A DNA stretch of 63,599 nucleotides, filler included, from Octopus bimaculoides (Eukaryota), in assembly GCF_001194135.2 (NCBI RefSeq). It is 4 parts of 4 records of this genome, joined end to end, with 100 filler letters (N's around TTAATTAATTAA, not from the genome) between each part and the next. Parts side by side here need not be neighbours in the genome. Positions count along the whole stretch, not along the records: positions 23,960 to 55,440 come from NC_068990.1; 3 more parts are not named here. One strand, given 5' to 3'. Positions 37,243 through 53,232 of the stretch are shown here, piece by piece. How positions within the stretch are numbered: position 1 is the stretch's first letter; each line of letters begins with the position of its first letter. The position numbers and the translations under genes are program-made. The notes under the pieces were generated by a model. That model saw only the letters and a list, made by a program, of their open reading frames with translations. It searched no databases and had not been told where the DNA came from.

Positions 37243-38542
37243 TGAAATGGTAGGTGAAAACTAGTTAATCAATGAACGGATTTTGTTTTAATATGAAATA
37301 TCTCCAACATTACTTAACTATTTTCAAATCTTATTGAAATGCGCAGTGATTCATACTTTTAGAGTATTTTTATGAGCTATGAATTTATTTTTTTTTATAT
37401 ATAGCTTTGTTTGTGTGTATATGAATGTGTAGTATCGTGAGCATGGGAAAATATATTTGTTGTGGTGAATAATGTTTGACAAATATTCGTCAAAACTTCA
37501 AGATGTTGATATAATCATGACTAGGCACGAGTCTTAGATTTATAACGAAGGGGAAGATGGTTTTGTGGCGTTCATGCCTACAGTAATTAATAGCATAAAT
37601 GTGATGAGATTGGTTCAAGAGAAAATTGAATGCCTTACATTTATTCATAATATTGTGAATATAAATATGGGTTTGTTGCAGATGTATGAACAGAATGGAA
37701 TTCGGATTCTCAGCTCTTTCTTCAAATGCATTAAATTCATCAATGAAAGCAGTTTCCCTGAAGAATCTGACTGTGATTAACAATTTATATTCAGCGAAAT
37801 TTACAATTTCTTTACGTTAATGCGAAAGACACAGTCATAGTAATAATAATGATATAGAAGATAATTATGATCAAGTTGATGGTGATGGTGATGGTGATGG
37901 TAATGATAATGCTATTATGGTAACAAGAATGATGTTAATGAAGGTTATGGTGCAGATGACAATTTTATCCATGACGAAAGATAAAAATGTCCATGATAAT
38001 TATGAAAATACTAATACTAATTTTAATCATCATATATAATTTCCATTATGCTCAATGCCAATATCTCAGTAAAGATTTCATAGTCGACTGAATCGACATT
38101 ATTACCTTATCTGGAGGATGAAAGACAAATCAACACCGGCGTTTAAATTACAAGAACAATAGCAATGATTTCTCATACTGGCACCATGCAACGAATTGCA
38201 TTATAGTGGTATAGGTAATTGAATCGACGACATCAGTATTTTTTTTCTCTGTAACAATGTATTGACCCGGAGGGATGGAATGTGAACTGAACCTCAGTGG
38301 CATTTGAACTCAGAATGCAGAGATTCAAAGAGGAATTCTGTTAGGTATTTAGTCCAATGCAATAAAATTTCTGCCACACTACAGCCCTTCTGCTAAACAA
38401 TAGTGATCATAATAACAGAAACATCGAAACACAACAAATATCAGCAACAGGATATCTATATAACGGAGACGGAAGGAAGCAAATAACTGGGTTCACAATG
38501 TAAATGAAGATTAATAAAAAGCAGTATTTTAAAACCTATTTA

Positions 38543-38614
<72 letters not shown>

Positions 38615-38682
38615 TTTATCATTATTAATATTGTTGTTATTATTATTATTGATGTTATGATTATTTTTCATTGTTTTTAATC

Positions 38683-38720
<38 letters not shown>

Positions 38721-39437
38721 GAAGAGACAGGAATAAATTTTATTTTATTTGTATTTGATAATCTCCTGGTATTGCGAGTGAATATTGTATTTTTACTTAA
38801 CAATAACAATTTATTGTATTAAATCATCAGGTCATGAAAGTTTGACGTCGTACTCTGATACCTGATAATGATCCTAACGTGAATATAATAGTGTGTTTAT
38901 AGAAGGGGTACAACGGTTTAGTTGATCTAGGTTAACACACCATCTGACACGATGCCAGATAAGTGCATCTCAGGGTTTTTTAATATTGTTATTATTCATT
39001 TAATTTCTGCTGCTTGTATTAATATAACTTATATGTTATAGTTAATTCAAATTACTGTACTAGTTGTTCCAGAACAAGACTTGCATTACATTTGTTATTT
39101 TGGTTTAGCTTAATTCTTGTAGTGGTATCTATAGAAATGAATATGTGATAAACTAATCGCATAAACTTATAGTTGATTATTTGCGAATGGGCAAGTCTGA
39201 TTGTATACGACAATGTCGTTGGTCATGTTCATGTGTGAGGTACGAAATTAATAAAGCATATATTTCTTTAATTACCTACATACACACACATAAACTAGTT
39301 ATCCTGTTTTCACGTAGTTAACTATATTACTGCATATACAAACAAATTGATCGATTTATCTATCTATGCGTGTGTATGTACGCACACATACACACATGCA
39401 AACACATATATCCGTGTATATATATATGTATATATGC

Positions 39438-39532
<95 letters not shown>

Positions 39533-41576
39533 TCCATGAACGTATATATATATGTCTATATATATGGATATATATGTTTGCATGATTGTGTGTGCATATA
39601 TATTTATATATATATATATATGTATGTATAGTGTGTGTGTGTGTGTGTATGTATGTGTGTGTGTGTGTGTGTGTATGCGTGCGTGCCTGTATATATTGAT
39701 GTGTATAAGTATATTATCTACGTTCATTACCGTGTGTTCTTCGGAGCTAAATTTTACAAGTGACGTCCGATTTTAGAGAAAACAACATAAAATGTATTCA
39801 CCAAATTTTGAAAGATTAGCTCTTTTATTTATATTACTGATATTAAAATATTAAACAAAGTAGTCACTGAGCAAGGAACAAATAATTTGAAAAGGAAACA
39901 TAGGTGAAGTAAAAAGTAAAAAAAAAGAACATTTATACATTTTGTATTTCTGAAAGAATAATGAAATAAACACGATAGAATTGTTAGGCTTACCAAGTAG
40001 AAAATGTTTGTTGTACTTTTACACGATAGAAAAAGCGTTATTTATGTGCCACTCAAGAAGACATTCACACAATTTCGATAAAATTTTAATGCATTTAATG
40101 TAATGTATGAATTGATATAAATAATANNNNNNNNNNNNNNNNNNNNNNNNNNNNNNNNNNNNNNNNNNNNNNNNNNNNNNNNNNNNNNNNNNNNNNNNNN
40201 NNNNNNNNNNNNNNNNNNNNNNNNNNNNNNNNNNNNNNNNNNNNNNNNNNNNNNNNNNNNNNNNNNNNNNNNNNNNNNNNNNNNNNNNNNNNNNNNNNNN
40301 NNNNNNNNNNNNNNNNNNATATATATATATATATATATACTTACACATACACACATACATGCACACACACACCCACCCACATAAATATATATATAAATGT
40401 ATATTTATATATGTTTCTCTGCATGTGTGTGTTTCTGTGTCTATATGTTCTTGTCTGGTAGGGCGCATGTTAGCTGACAAACAAAAGAAACCTGGCGCAA
40501 GGCAGATTGCCGGAATAACGTGCAGATTTCTTGGCGCTATGGATTACTTTATGGAAATGCAGTACAGTTTAAAATTTACTCTCGATATTATAGAGGGACT
40601 ATTTTATTTAGTCTTTATTTTGATGTGGGCTCAAATATGAAAATCTCTTTCATATATGTAATAGAAGTAATCCGTTGTCAAATTTCGTTTCTGGTGAACA
40701 GAAATCTTATTCGGAACAGACACATACACATACGCTCGCGCGCGGGTACAGACGCACACACGCGCACGCAGACACACACTCACACATGCATGCACGTAAA
40801 TATACATGCATCTATAAATAGCTGTACATAACTGTAATGTTGTATGTATTTATGTACTGTTGCATGTAAATTTAAATGATAGATTTCTTAATCCTTTCGT
40901 AAAATGATGCTTGATTAGCGGTGAGGCAATACTCTCAGACAAAGCATCAAAGCGTTATCTCAATTATAATATATATATATACACATTGTTAAATATATAT
41001 ATANNNNNNNNNNNNNNNNNNNNNNNNNNNNNNNNNNNNNNNNNNNNNNNNNNNNNNNNNNNNNNNNNNNNNNNNNNNNNNNNNNNNNNNNNNNNNNNNN
41101 NNNNNNNNNNNNNNNNNNNNNNNNNNNNNNNNNNNNNNNNNNNNNNNNNNNNNNNNNNNNNNNNNNNNNNNNNNNNNNNNNNNNNNNNNNNNNNNNNNNN
41201 NNNNNNNNNNNNNNNNNNNNNNNNNNNNNNNNNNNNNNNNNNNNNNNNNNNNNNNNNNATATTGATCTGTGTACATTTATGCATCTATGCCTGTATACCT
41301 ACGCATGTATAAAGTGTAATGTGGACATGAGTGAAGGAAGGAAATATTGATATATTTGTTTGTAAAGTTAATTTCAGTATGGCATAAAATGCAATCGCTT
41401 CTTTAAAACATTGTATTTCCCCAGCTTAAGGAACAATATTACTTTCTTTCTTTCATTTATTCTTTCTGTCTTTCTATTTTCCTCCCTCCCTTTATATTTA
41501 TTTATGTGTGTGTGTGTGTGTGTGTGCATTGAGATATGTACACGTATATCTATCAATCTATCTGTCTATTTTCACA

Positions 41577-41619
<43 letters not shown>

Positions 41620-42115
41620 ACACACACAAATAGGGGCCTGTTTGGAATCTTAGATGCATTTATATAGCTATACGCTCTGTTTTCTTTACACACATGCATA
41701 CACATAAACACGAACCCACTCGCATACACATACATAAGCTAACACGAAACGCATACATTTACTCATACATCTGTGCTGTATATTTATATTTGCGATTGAG
41801 CAACTGTATAGAGTTACACATTTTATAATTACGTGTGTGTATAATATATCTTTGAATGTATCATATATATTTCAGTACATTTATACTACATTTATACAAT
41901 TTGTACCATATTAGCAACATAATTACCGAACTGAAATGTTTATATTACGTAACTCAAACTGAGATAACTGAAAATTGTACATTTTCTTAAATAGAATTTC
42001 ACTTTTCAAATATAATATAGCAACATGTAAATGCATGCATAGGGGTGTATGAGTCTATTGAATATAATAAGCATGTATATATGTGTATATACGTATGAAT
42101 ATATATATATATACG

Positions 42116-42158
<43 letters not shown>

Positions 42159-42503
42159 CACACACATGTGTCTATGTTTTGGGGTCTGTTAATGAATGTG
42201 TGTGTTTATATATCTTTATCTGTTTAGGAAATTATACTTTTAAATATTCACAGCAGTTTTCTGCATATTTCCGAGTGGGTGCGAATAAATGCTAAGGACT
42301 TAAAGAAATTGGTGAATATATCAGCGGTATACCATCCACTGTTTCATTTCTCATCAGTATAAATTTAAAATCATAAATACGTATTTAACCGTATGGTTAC
42401 CGCCGAACACATATAATTGACTTTACGTACTTTAAAATTGCTAGAAATATACATCTTAATATTTATGCAAGTACACCATTACAGCATACTATATATATGT
42501 GTA

Positions 42504-42547
<44 letters not shown>

Positions 42548-42602
42548 NNNNNNNNNNNNNNNNNNNNNNNNNNNNNNNNNNNNNNNNNNNNNNNNNNNNN
42601 NN

Positions 42603-42639
<37 letters not shown>

Positions 42640-45600
42640 GTGCATATATATAGATATATACATGTGTTATTTAATATAGTGGGCTTATATTGTTTTATTG
42701 TTTAGATAATCTTCACTTAAATTCTGTGGAAGTGTTTAATAATTCTTCAATGTATGCATTGAGTAGAAGCCCGACCCTTCATTTCCTGAGGTTTTGAATA
42801 GACCAGCACTAAATAACCTCGGTTTAGAGTCAGCATCGAAAGTACATTAACTCCCCTTGCAAAATTTTGATTTCAGTTTTACGTAGAATTAATTCCAGAT
42901 GACCAGATAAAAAAAAAATGTATATATTTATTCTCGTATCAGTAAAGTACTTTGATATGACGATTCTGCGAAGATGATGTACAACAATATTTTATATATA
43001 TACACCGTTCGTATATATCTATCATGTATGAAACTTGGAACCTAATTTAATGAGAATTGAGGATTAAATCCTGATACATTATATTGAAATTTTACTTTTC
43101 ATATCAATCAAATTTTGCAAATACACCTTTAACGTACACACTTTGCTGTGTATAATAATGTCTCCATAATAAAAATTTCTGCTTTTATTTTCGGTTTTTA
43201 TGTCTTCATCATTAGATTCCCTTTATAATTCATGCAATCAAAATCAATAAAATATAATCTGTGAAAGAAAATTCTAAATGTTGTCTGGTCTGGAAATATT
43301 TCTCTTTACGTTTCCTATTATAACTTTCAGAAATTTTCTGTTTACATTGACATTATGCCCTGGGTCATTTTCATTTACATTCATAAAATTAACGTTAGAT
43401 TTCTCTTATATCCCATGATCGATGGAATAATTTCTCGTATTTTCGCAAGATACTACCGCTCCATAATTGTAAAAGTAAACACTCAACAACAAATCTTATA
43501 ATATCAACAACAACAACAAGAATAGAAAACAAAACAGGAAATTGTGTGTATATTCAAAATAGTATCAAATATATTACCAGCGAACAATTTGAAAGAATTC
43601 ATCATCGTATCCAGCTATAGCGACAAAACAGTCTGAAAGATTTTGATGAATGAAAATATATCTGAAGAAATAAACTCAGCAAAATAAACATTATTATGAA
43701 TTCGACTTCTACGAATAACAAAAATTCATACATCAAAACATCCCTCTGTGTTTCTAAAAAGAAATTTGCATATCTAACTCTTAATCTGTTACTCTCTTAG
43801 TCTTCCGCTATACCCTACACCCTGTACGTCACTCTCTATCATATAGCCATTAATATAGGTATGCATATGCATGTATATATAAAGAAATATACATATATAT
43901 GCTTGTGCATATATATAGTATCTCTCTATCTTTCTTTCTCTCTCTCTCTCACGTTCTCTTTCTATATATATATATATATTTAAACGTATATATCTGTGTT
44001 TGTGTAAGTGTGTTTGTGGGTGTGTGTGTGTGTGTATGAATGTGTTTATGTATATGGTATATGAGGGGCAGATTGAAATGAGAATGAAAATAACTTGATT
44101 GTACAAAAAGACGCTTTAAACTGATTAAACGAAAATTAACTGGACATAGAAAATGCGTCATAGCAAGATCAAATGATTTTAAAACGATTTAATAACGTTG
44201 TATAAGCGAAAGAGCTTTGAAGACACATACCTTCCATGCTGAAGAAAAAACTGAAGAAAAACAGAAATGGCCTAAAACTTAATTTACCTAATTGTTGCTT
44301 TGTTGATGATAGTATACGATTTACCATCATTTGGTGATGATGGTTACAAGTAATGTACGAACTTAAAAAACAATTTCGTCCAGACTTATCGTGCAATATG
44401 CTTTAATAATCATATCTAACTTTATGCATATATATATATATATGTATATATATACATATATATATGTATATTCTTTCACACCTATATTAGTATATAAGTA
44501 TGTTTTATGTACACTGGAACTTATTAATTACTTGTGCACAAATATAATTCATAAATTATGTGCAAATATATAAATACACTATTTACATACAATGACAATG
44601 CCACACTTACAGATACACAAATAGCCTACAGCAATCGTGTAGATGGGGGAGGGGTTACATTGAATCATTGATATGCATCAGTGTTTCATTTTAAATTACT
44701 GCTTAATAAAAAAAATAACGTCAGTTGTTTCAAAATGTCCTTACATACTAGTGTGATATGTATTGTTTTCTTCGCAATTTCACATTTTTTTTCCGCTTTC
44801 TTCACCCACCTGAGTGTATATATCGGCTCGCTCAAACAAGCAACGTATATAAGTATGTATATGCGTACATATATATATGTATATATGTATATATATATAT
44901 NNNNNNNNNNNNNNNNNNNNNNNNNNNNNNNNNNNNNNNNNNNNNNNNNNNNNNNNNNNNNNNNNNNNNNNNNNNNNNNNNNNNNNNNNNNNNNNNNNNN
45001 NNNNNNNNNNNNNNNNNNNNNNNTATATATAGGCACACACACACTCACACACATAATAATATGTGAGCGTGTAAATGAAAAAAAAAAAGATGAAAGAAAA
45101 TATATCTGCATGTATGAGAAGTATACATGTATGATTAAACATCAGAAATAAAAATGTCCGGATTATTGCAGTCTTGCATTCACTAGCATTTATTCTTACC
45201 TTAATATAAGAAATGTTAAAGGTGGAAGTAACGAATGCAATCGAAATATCTGGCGGATTTTATTAATAGTAATAATTCGCTGTATATTCCACTATGAAAG
45301 GTTCAAGCTAATTTTTAGCGGTCTGGTGTGTTTTAAATCTTTAATTATTGCAGTGACAAGGGTAAGTTTTTAAGTGTCTTGGTTTATTTTTCTTATTAAG
45401 TTAGGAATATTTGTTTTATATGAAGCAGAAATTGAAAGTGTCAATGTTTCTAATATCATTCTTTCTCTGTAAAGAAATGCCACTAAGATGTACAACGACA
45501 GTACAAAATGCAGAGATATTTAAAGTCTTAAATGTTAGATACAGAGTAAGAGAAATAAAACAGTCATGTATATATGTGTAATTATTCATGCATGTAAGCA

Positions 45601-46975
45601 TCTATGTAAGAACTTATATACGAGTCGGTAAATTTGTGTGAGGGCGTGTTTGTATGCGTGAATGTATGTACTTATTAATTTACATAAGCAATAGAGTAAG
45701 AAGTATCAGAGATCTTTAGAATATTTCAATTATGAGGATTTTATACTCACTAGTAGATAGAACAAAAATCTGTTGTATACTGTTACACTTGTGAAATGAT
45801 GTGCCACTCTAGGTAAATGTATGAAAATTGGTTTGCTTGTGGTTGCCAGAAATATTTTTCAAGAAGTATGTTTTCTGCCGAGGGACGTTATGACATTTCA
45901 GATATATATATATATATATATATATATANNNNNNNNNNNNNNNNNNNNNNNNNNNNNNNNNNNNNNNNNNNNNNNNNNNNNNNNNNNNNNNNNNNNNNNN
46001 NNNNNNNNNNNNNNNNNNNNNNNNNNNNNNNNNNNNNNNNNNNNNNNNNNNNNNNNNNNNNNNNNNNNNNNNNNNNNNNNNNNNNNNNNNNNNNNNNNNN
46101 NNNNNNNNNNNNNNNNNNNNNNNNNNNNNNNNNNNNNNNNNNNNNNNNNNNNNNNNNNNNNNNNNNNNNNNNNNNNNNNNNNNNNNNNNNNNNNNNNNNN
46201 NNNNNNNNNNNNNNNNNNNNNNNNNNNNNNNNNNNNNNNNNNNNNNNNNNNNNNNNNNNNNNNNNNNNNNNNNNNNNNNNNNNNNNNNNNNNNNNNNNNN
46301 NNNNNNNNNNNNNNNNNNNNNNNNNNNNNNNNNNNNNNNNNNNNNNNNNNNNNNNNNNNNNNNNNNNNNNNNNNNNNNNNNNNNNNNNNNNNNNNNNNNN
46401 NNNNNNNNNNNNNNNNNNNNNNNNNNNNNNNNNNNNNNNNNNNNNNNNNNNNNNNNNNNNNNNNNNNNNNNNNNNNNNNNNNNNNNNNNNNNNNNNNNNN
46501 NNNNNNNNNNNNNNNNNNNNNNNNNNNNNNNNNNNNNNNNNNNNNNNNNNNNNNNNNNNNNNNNNNNNNNNNNNNNNNNNNNNNNNNNNNNNNNNNNNNN
46601 NNNNNNNNNNNNNNNNNNNNNNNNNNNNNNNNNNNNNNNNNNNNNNNNNNNNNNNNNNNNNNNNNNNNNNNNNNNNNNNNNNNNNNNNNNNNNNNNNNNN
46701 NNNNNNNNNNNNNNNNNNNNNNNNNNNNNNNNNNNNNNNNNNNNNNNNNNNNNNNNNNNNNNNNNNNNNNNNNNNNNNNNNNNNNNNNNNNNNNNNNNNN
46801 NNNNNNNNNNNNNNNNNNNNNNNNNNNNNNNNNNNNNNNNNNNNNNNNNNNNNNNNNNNNNNNNNNNNNNNNNNNNNNNNNNNNNNNATACATATATTAT
46901 GTAGGTATATATTCAAATGCCCACATAAATATACATATATATATGAATATATGTCCACATATATATATATGTATG

Positions 46976-47067
<92 letters not shown>

Positions 47068-47896
47068 CGATTAACCGTCAACTAACAACATTTAACAAAT
47101 CTTTCGGATTTAGCAGATATTCTATAAAAAAAATATATAAACACCAATTATAAACCAACAGATATTTCACTGGTATTAGTGACAGATGATGTGGGCTGGT
47201 CAAGTGCCATGCAAACAAAGGTGATACAGCAAGTGACAATACATATCAATCCACCTGCACGCTTTGATAGTGCTTCGATTGATTGATCGATTATTTGTAT
47301 ATAAATGATCTGTTTTTCTGTGTTTGTAGTATGTTTGGTGGAGCTCAGGTTTAATCATCTTCGACTCTTTAGTGATGATACCACAGGTGTCGTCCTTGTA
47401 ATCTATACGTCTTGTTGCAGAGGTCTTCATCATTGGACACGTGATGTTGATGGGCAGTCATCGGTGGTGGACTACGCGGTCCCCATCTCTCACTGTCTGG
47501 GCGTCACAGTTCTGAAAAAGATTCCATCACATTCGGACATTACCATGTATCCCAAGGAGAGGTTGTGTCTTGATATGGCGAAAACATACTTTTTATAGAT
47601 TTGTTTTTAATTTTAAATCTGGTAACTACAAGCAAATCAACAAAACATTATTTTTGACTATAGAGAAAGAATGTTAAGATACTTTAGAGGATAGAATGAA
47701 TATAATTAGATGATTCTTTGTGAATAATAGTAATTTCTGTGTGAATTGTGATTTAGAGTGATACGTTAGATCTAAAAGAGGAATATTAAAGAAAATGAAA
47801 TGGAGAGGACTGTGAGCAACAAAAACAAGAAAAATAGAGAAAAATGCTCTATCTGGGAATTTAAAATATAGACATGCAGAATTACTTACGTAGACA

Positions 47897-47941
<45 letters not shown>

Positions 47942-48173
47942 NNNNNNNNNNNNNNNNNNNNNNNNNNNNNNNNNNNNNNNNNNNNNNNNNNNNNNNNNNN
48001 NNNNNNNNNNNNNNNNNNNNNNNNNNNNNNNNNNNNNNNNNNNNNNNNNNNNNNNNNNNNNNNNNNNNNNNNNNNNNNNNNNNNNNNNNNNNNNNNNNNN
48101 NNNNNNNNNNNNNNNNNNNNNNNNNNNNNNNNNNNNNNNNNNNNNNNNNNNNNNNNNNNNNNNNNNNNNNNNN

Positions 48174-48214
<41 letters not shown>

Positions 48215-49906
48215 CAGGTAGCAATGAAATGTAAAAATGAGAAAGTTTCACACATTAGACATTTTATTTTATAGTTATGTATTTAATGCCTCTTTTTCAA
48301 TTTGTCATATTTCTGAATTTTAATCGAAGTAAGAATCAAATGAATGTGAATTATGCCATTTAATTATGCAAGACATGAAATAATTAAAGAAAAGCAGAAA
48401 AATAATTAACGTTCCATATAATGTAACCATGATATCAGGTTTAAAGATTAAAATTGTATTACGAAACGGCCTTTATCTCACAGATTATTAACGGAAAACA
48501 TATAGATATGACAAAATGAAATTTGGCTATGAACACAATAAAAAACGGAAACAACAACAATGAAAATAATTATAATAAACATAATATGTAAGTATAATTA
48601 ATTGCTAATATATTTCAAGTGTTAATTTATAACTATTTGTGCATATCTATATGTTTGTTGAATAAAGAACATAATGCTATATGTGCAGAAATATTTTTGC
48701 GAAATAAATTACGGTGAAAAAAATGCAAAATTCTAAAACGTTGAATGAATATTGCACACACGAGACATGAAGCATTGGAGAATATATAGCTTATGTAATT
48801 CTAAAAAATGTACTATTTATGAATCCAGCAAAGTTGATGTATGCAGAATTAAACTATGTCAACAATAAACGTATATTTCCAGATTTCATAAAAACACAGT
48901 AATACATGCAAAACACACACTCTTATGATTTTTACTCATATAACAGTTTTATACGTTTGAGAAAACTAAAAAAGAAGTTTGTTTATTTAAAGATGTTATG
49001 AATTATCGCCTAAATATAATTTAAAGCAAAGTTGTAAGGTAGTGTGAAATACGAAATATATAATAACGAAATATTATACTAGCACGAAACATTGTTAAAT
49101 ATGCGGTAACAACTGTAATATACTTTGTACATAATATTTAATTATATATATATGTGTGTGTGCATGTGTGTATTTGCGTGCGTGTGTGCTTGTGTGTTTG
49201 TACGTGAGAGCAGCGTGTCCTGTAGATAATCGTTATAGCTACACTCGGTGTCTCCTGTTTAAAGGGCACATGTATAGAAACTCACAAAAATTCTCTTCCA
49301 CACACACAACTCACACCCCATAGACACATAATCTCTACTCCTTGTTTTCAGCAATTTTTGCATTTAGTTTCAAACAACATCATATATCGATGACATTACT
49401 AAAGAACGAATACGCACGCGCACGTATACACAACATTAGACACATGTCATATATAACATTATTGTATGATTAAATATGATGCTACATCGAACGTATTTAA
49501 CATATATTTAAAGTAATTATAAAAATATTATAAACAACGCATAGTCTAATGACACTTGAAAGTGGTTAAGGGATAGTTAAGAAACGTTAGGAGATAGGAG
49601 AAGAATATATTTAATAAATGTCTTCGAGTATTATTCAAAATATTTGTACTGTTCTTTGCTTAGCATACCCACAAGCAATGGATACACACGCATATAGCAT
49701 ATATATATATATATANNNNNNNNNNNNNNNNNNNNNNNNNNNNNNNNNNNNNNNNNNNNNNNNNNNNNNNNNNNNNNNNNNNNNNNNNNNNNNNNNNNNN
49801 NNNNNNNNNNNNNNNNNNNNNNNNNNNNNNNNNNNNNNNNNNNNNNNNNNNNNNNNNNNNNNNNNNNNNNNNNNNNNNNNNNNNNNNNNNNNNNNNNNNN
49901 NNNNNN

Positions 49907-49956
<50 letters not shown>

Positions 49957-52763
49957 GTTTGTGTGTGTGTATATGTGTGTGAGTGTGCGTGTACGTGTGC
50001 GTGTACGAGTGCGTGTGCATGTATGCGTATATGTGTATATGTATATGTATATATACACATGTATATGTGTGTGTGTGTATACATATATATACCTGTATCG
50101 ATACTCATATCTATCAATATGTATATTAACTTTTTGGGATGCAGAACACATTCATATCATCTGGCATATGTAGAGTGGAGAAGCGAGTTAAACGAAAAGT
50201 AACAATGGCTTCTAGTTGAAAATATTTATCCCCCAATTGATGAGTTGATGTGATCACGTTCTCTAAATTTTCATCAAACTTTCCTCGTTGTAGGCAACCA
50301 GAATATTGCCGTTCGTTTATTTGCATTCATTATTTGGTAACATTTCACTGCCGACAATTACTACGGTTTCGTGGATTTGCATAAAAGTCGAGCGTGAGCT
50401 CACAGATATAATATACAGAATAGGCAGTAATTTCACTATACATGGCATGGATTACACACACTGCAGTTGTGCGTGGTTATGTTAGACCTATAGTTGTGTG
50501 CCCAGGCAATTAACAGCGAATGCATTAAATTTTATCAAAAGGGCTTATCTCTATTAACAACATCAAGGTATGTCGCTATCGTATTAACAAATACTTCATG
50601 CTGCTGGTTAATTTGCTCTTTCATGTGGTGGCATATTTAGCAATTACGAAGTTTAGGTAAATAAGGAGTGGCCCTTTCAAGATGCTTCATATGGTGTTGG
50701 GAAAGTGGTTTTAATGGCCTGAAGCCTTCGTATAACGTGGATTGCAAGATGAAGCTTTCCCCGTTCCCATACCTGTAGTGTTACATGTGTTATGGAAATC
50801 TCCTTTGAAACTATTTACTTTTTCCCATGTAGTATTAGTATTTCGTGATGCCATCGTGTGATGTAGGAGTGGTTCTACAGAGCAGATTGTTATAGGAGTA
50901 GCATCCTACTTGTGGACAGTTCATAAGATTTAGACAGCTTCAAAGTGCAGTGCGGTGTGAAATTTATCAGCAGTTAGTTCTCCATGTGTTAGTGTGCAAT
51001 GTTGGATGTAATGTTATCAAATCATAAGTAGCTAACCTTGACCTTAAGAGAATTAAAATGCTTATGGAATTATGAAATGTCTATTTGGCATCAAAAGAAA
51101 AAAAAAGACTTCTGGTTGAAAACGTGTAGTAGATAAAAGGAAAGTATAAGCTAGATTAAATTTCTCTTTTTCACTCTCTCTGCTTTGAGGAAGTGGATGG
51201 CACAATCTTCTTTGTTAGTAACTATTCAGTAAACCAGTCTTCGCTGGTGATCTATTGTAATGAAATGCATCCTATACAAGATTCCTCTGTCCGCCTGTAG
51301 ATTGGAATTCCTTCAGTTGATACTTGTAAGTAGGTTTACAATTACAACTGGGGGAAATTTGGAGTTCCATATAACGAGATTCCTCTTTCGGCTTTCAGTA
51401 AGGGGAATACTTGCGTGCGTCGAGCTTTAAAGTTACGCACTGGAATTTGCTAGCCGAATTCTTTGAAGATGCAGAGATTTTTCCTAAACATATCCCTGGC
51501 GTGACCGTTTATATAGCTTGAAATCTGTACAGATCCAAATGAGCGGGTGTGTGAGCTTTTTATGGCTAACCAATAGAAATAATCTGATGAGGCTAGTGCC
51601 ACCGGTCTCTTCATAACTCGCCATGGATACTTTGATCAATGTTTGCTTTTTTAATCCGGTAGGAATCATTGTGAACTCTTAGCTATCAGAACGATTCTAA
51701 TATCGAAATAGCTACTTCTGAAAAATTGTCTACCGAAGTGTTGATGTTATTTCGATATTGAAGCGTAGTAATCGAGGATAAAATCCTGAATATAACGAGA
51801 GGAATTTATATTTTCAATGACGAGGAACCAGCTGATCTTCAGTAGTACTAAAATATTATTGGATCACAGTTATAGCTCTTCTAATATCAGCGTTAATGCA
51901 AACAAATTTAGCTTGGGCTCCTTAGCCATGATGTAGCGAGTGCATGTGTCTACACGGTTCACATGATCTTCTATATTTAGGAGTGTGACTAGTAACTATG
52001 CTTCAGATTTCATTTTATTGTATGTTCAGACGTTAGTTTTCTTGTACGATTTGGTGATGGTGTTAGTAAGATGAACTTCTTGTACGGAGATATTAGATTC
52101 TTATTTTTTCTTTTGTACGTGAAGTTTTGGAAGAGGTAAGAAATGATGCCGAAATATGACACTTTTGAAGATGGTTTTTCAATTCAACTTTGGAATTCTG
52201 ATGTTTTTCTAAGAAGAGCATAATCGCTTTTTTGAAACCTAATTGCTCTGCGGATATACTTGTTCTAGTATTTATGCAGCAGATGATTTCAACGTCTTCT
52301 GCCAATAAATAGTATTACGAGACTACGTCAGTATAACATTATATCCTTACATTTCCAAATAAATGTTATGAGGGCTACATTTTGTATATAATATTTATGC
52401 ATATATATACGTACGCACACGCACGCGCACGCACACATTCATATACATGTATATATATATACACACATATGTACACAGATATGTGTGTTTGTGTATGTGT
52501 GTGTATTTTGTTCTTGTAACTTGTGAAGTTCGTTCTGCCAAAAACGGACATATCACTGGTTCCACTGTATTACCTTTTACTACGGACCCACTAATCACTG
52601 GATTGCTTGATTAATTTTACATTCAATCGATCAAATAGCTGGTTTGCCAGCTTGTCTCTGTCACCATTCCGAATTTTATCAATGACTTGCCCTTATTTAA
52701 TTTAGTTTAAAGGAAACGAGGCAGATTTGTCTCTGTATGTATATATGTGTGTGTATGTATACG

Positions 52764-52799
<36 letters not shown>

Positions 52800-53232
52800 T
52801 TCACATTTACACAAATGAGTTCAAAGAGATATATAATCCTGGCGGTTAACCGTGCTTCCTCTTAAATCGGTTTTATACGGTTAACCACAGCGCATGTATA
52901 CACACACACGCACTCTCTCTCCCTCCCTCCTCCTCCTCTCTCTCTCTCTCAAACACACACACATGTATGAGTAGAAAAATAAATGAAATGAGAAATAAGG
53001 AAAGCTTCTACCAATGCAGAAAGATTAAAAACACCTTTATATTTCAGGCGCAAAGACCTATCTTCAGAGGAATACGGTGAAAGAAATGTGTATTTACATA
53101 GATACAGATTTCTTTAACTGTATTCTTTTGAAGGCATAAAGGTTTTTTTTTTTAAACGTTTTGTAAAATTAGAAGCCCTCCTTATTTTTTATTTCATACT
53201 TCTTTTTTATTTCTGTACTCCAATGGTTCAAG

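Noticed and set aside
45817-47081. ORFs of 330-417 aa
   Set aside because: Almost entirely N gap flanked by (TA)n/(CA)n. The same applies to the other X-filled or CV/HT/YI-repeat ORFs in the track.
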